Shown piece by piece: positions 36,754 through 37,819 of a DNA stretch of 37,819 nt. Location: positions 1 to 37,819 of the forward strand of contig CAZCRK010000011.1 in the NCBI GenBank assembly GCA_964501035.1. The letters run 5' to 3'. Numbering within the stretch: the stretch's first letter is position 1; every line of letters starts with the position of its first letter. The notes beneath the pieces are model-generated. The model was not told the DNA's origin. It saw only the letters and a list, made by a program, of their open reading frames with translations, and searched no databases. Made by a program: the position numbers and the translations under genes.

Positions 36754-37587
36754 ATGGCTCCTCTACGAATTTTTTATTTAACCTCAGAAATATTTCCATT
36801 TTGTGAAACCTATGAACTTGCAACTTTTACTCGAAAAGTTTCTAGTATTTTTCATGACAATCCAGATATAGATATACGATTAACTCAACCCAAGTATGGT
36901 TTTATTAGTGAACGAAAATATGTTTTACGTGAAGTAATTCGTTTAAAAGATATGGAAATTTCCTTTAATAATAAATCTAATTTAGTAAATCTAAAATCAG
37001 CTTTTATTCCGGAAACTAGGGTTCAGGTTTATTTTATGGAGAATCTTGATTATTTCAAACCAGTACCTGAGTTGTTGTATAAAGCCAGAAATGGTCGAAT
37101 ATTTAAGGATAACGATGAGAAATTTGCATATTTTGCTCGTGTAGCTTTGGATACATTAAAAAAATTGTATTGGCCACCTGATGTTATTATCTGTAACGAT
37201 TGGCAAATGTCATTTATTCCCCAATTGCTAAAGGAACAGTATTCAGATGATGATTTCTATAAAAATATAAAAACTGCATTTTTAGTTCATTCAGTAAATG
37301 ATTATCGAAATTTCACTCAGAAATCTTTTAAAACTCTTGGTCTAGATGCACCATCGAAATCAAAGTTAATTGATAATATGTCTCAAGCTATGGAATATTC
37401 TGATATTAATATTTTAATGAATTACGAGAGTTCTTCTACATTAGAAGATATGCAAAAAAATGAAAAGTTAAATAAAATATTTGAACAAACTAATCATTCC
37501 GTAGTTGATATTGCTAAAGATGCAATGAAAAGCGATTGGCGAAAAGTAGCAAAATCAATAGAAACATCACTAAGAGATATACAATAA
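36754..37587 (+). CDS. Glycogen/starch-synthase N-terminal-domain-only protein (Glyco_transf_5-like, degenerate)
   Basis: RIFYLTSEIFPF, QPKYGFI, DNDEKFAYF, WPPDVIICNDWQ and KTAFLVH. The KxGGL motif reads ETYEL and the C-terminal GT-B domain is absent (277 aa). Confidence 0.82.
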   Translation: MAPLRIFYLTSEIFPFCETYELATFTRKVSSIFHDNPDIDIRLTQPKYGFISERKYVLREVIRLKDMEISFNNKSNLVNLKSAFIPETRVQVYFMENLDYFKPVPELLYKARNGRIFKDNDEKFAYFARVALDTLKKLYWPPDVIICNDWQMSFIPQLLKEQYSDDDFYKNIKTAFLVHSVNDYRNFTQKSFKTLGLDAPSKSKLIDNMSQAMEYSDINILMNYESSSTLEDMQKNEKLNKIFEQTNHSVVDIAKDAMKSDWRKVAKSIETSLRDIQ

Positions 37588-37591
37588 TTCA

Positions 37592-37819
37592 TTGAAAAAT
37601 TCATGTTTAAACAACCGTACTAAATTATTTTTAGTAACAATATTGATGATGTTATTCACATCATGTGAGAATGAACCTATTTCATTAAATCCCGAAGGTG
37701 GAAACACGTTTGCATTCAGAACTTTCGAATTACTCAGTGATTCTTCTTATACAATTCAAGATACTGAATTCTCAGCAGTTGAAAGTAATCGATTATATGT
37801 TGGACAGTTGGAAAATGGT
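37592..37819 (+). CDS. Lipoprotein, 5' part (runs off the window), possibly DUF4270-like
   Basis: Not in the ORF track. TTG at 37592 opens MKNSCLNNRTKLFLVTILMMLFTS-CENEP...RLYVGQLENG with no stop before the window end; lipobox FTS-C. The DUF4270 guess rests only on context after a glgA-N-only gene. Confidence 0.7.
   Translation, partial: MKNSCLNNRTKLFLVTILMMLFTSCENEPISLNPEGGNTFAFRTFELLSDSSYTIQDTEFSAVESNRLYVGQLENG

Noticed and set aside
36754..37587. Functional glycogen synthase glgA, or a frameshifted glgA pseudogene
   Set aside because: The KxGGL motif is lost, there is no C-terminal domain, and the downstream frame encodes an unrelated lipoprotein.
1..37819. tRNA/rRNA genes, IS elements, prophage genes, tandem repeats, recoded stop codons
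   Set aside because: All intergenic gaps are under about 175 bp and AT-rich; I saw no cloverleaf, transposase, integrase, repeat array or conserved domain interrupted by an in-frame stop. Checked by eye only.

Overview
AT-rich (roughly 30% GC by eye), densely packed bacterial chromosome segment with about 41 CDS. I found no rRNA, tRNA, CRISPR array, integrase or transposase. Gene content (GWxTD lipoprotein, SIS-type PGI/PMI, N-domain-only glycogen-synthase-like protein, ALDH4-type PruA, LolA-like and CpoB-like envelope proteins) suggests a diderm FCB-group marine bacterium such as Marinimicrobia/SAR406; this is an inference. Most of the window is housekeeping: gpmI (partial), anmK-pmm/pgm-prenyl synthase-pgi/pmi-DUF151, rpmF-plsX-fabH-fabD-fabG-acpP-fabF-rnc, and pruA-arcC-sucC-sucD-ndk. 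The most interesting items are: (1) a bacterial homologue of the animal tRNA-queuosine mannosyltransferase GTDC1/QTMAN (DUF3524), apparently co-transcribed with an ArsP-type permease and a CxxC redoxin but with no ArsR; (2) a gamma-glutamylation amino-alcohol catabolic trio (ALDH, GS-like ligase, Fe-ADH) lacking its usual hydrolase and transporter, inside an M61-peptidase/thiN/MscS operon; (3) an orphan carbamate kinase in a pruA-sucCD-ndk operon; (4) a beta-propeller + GWxTD lipoprotein + Fe-S PD-(D/E)XK nuclease + YiiD-type GNAT operon; (5) a degenerate glycogen-synthase N-domain protein; (6) a truncated TPR gene remnant; and (7) repeated leaderless-type promoter geometry. All product calls come from motif recognition only; no database searches were run.
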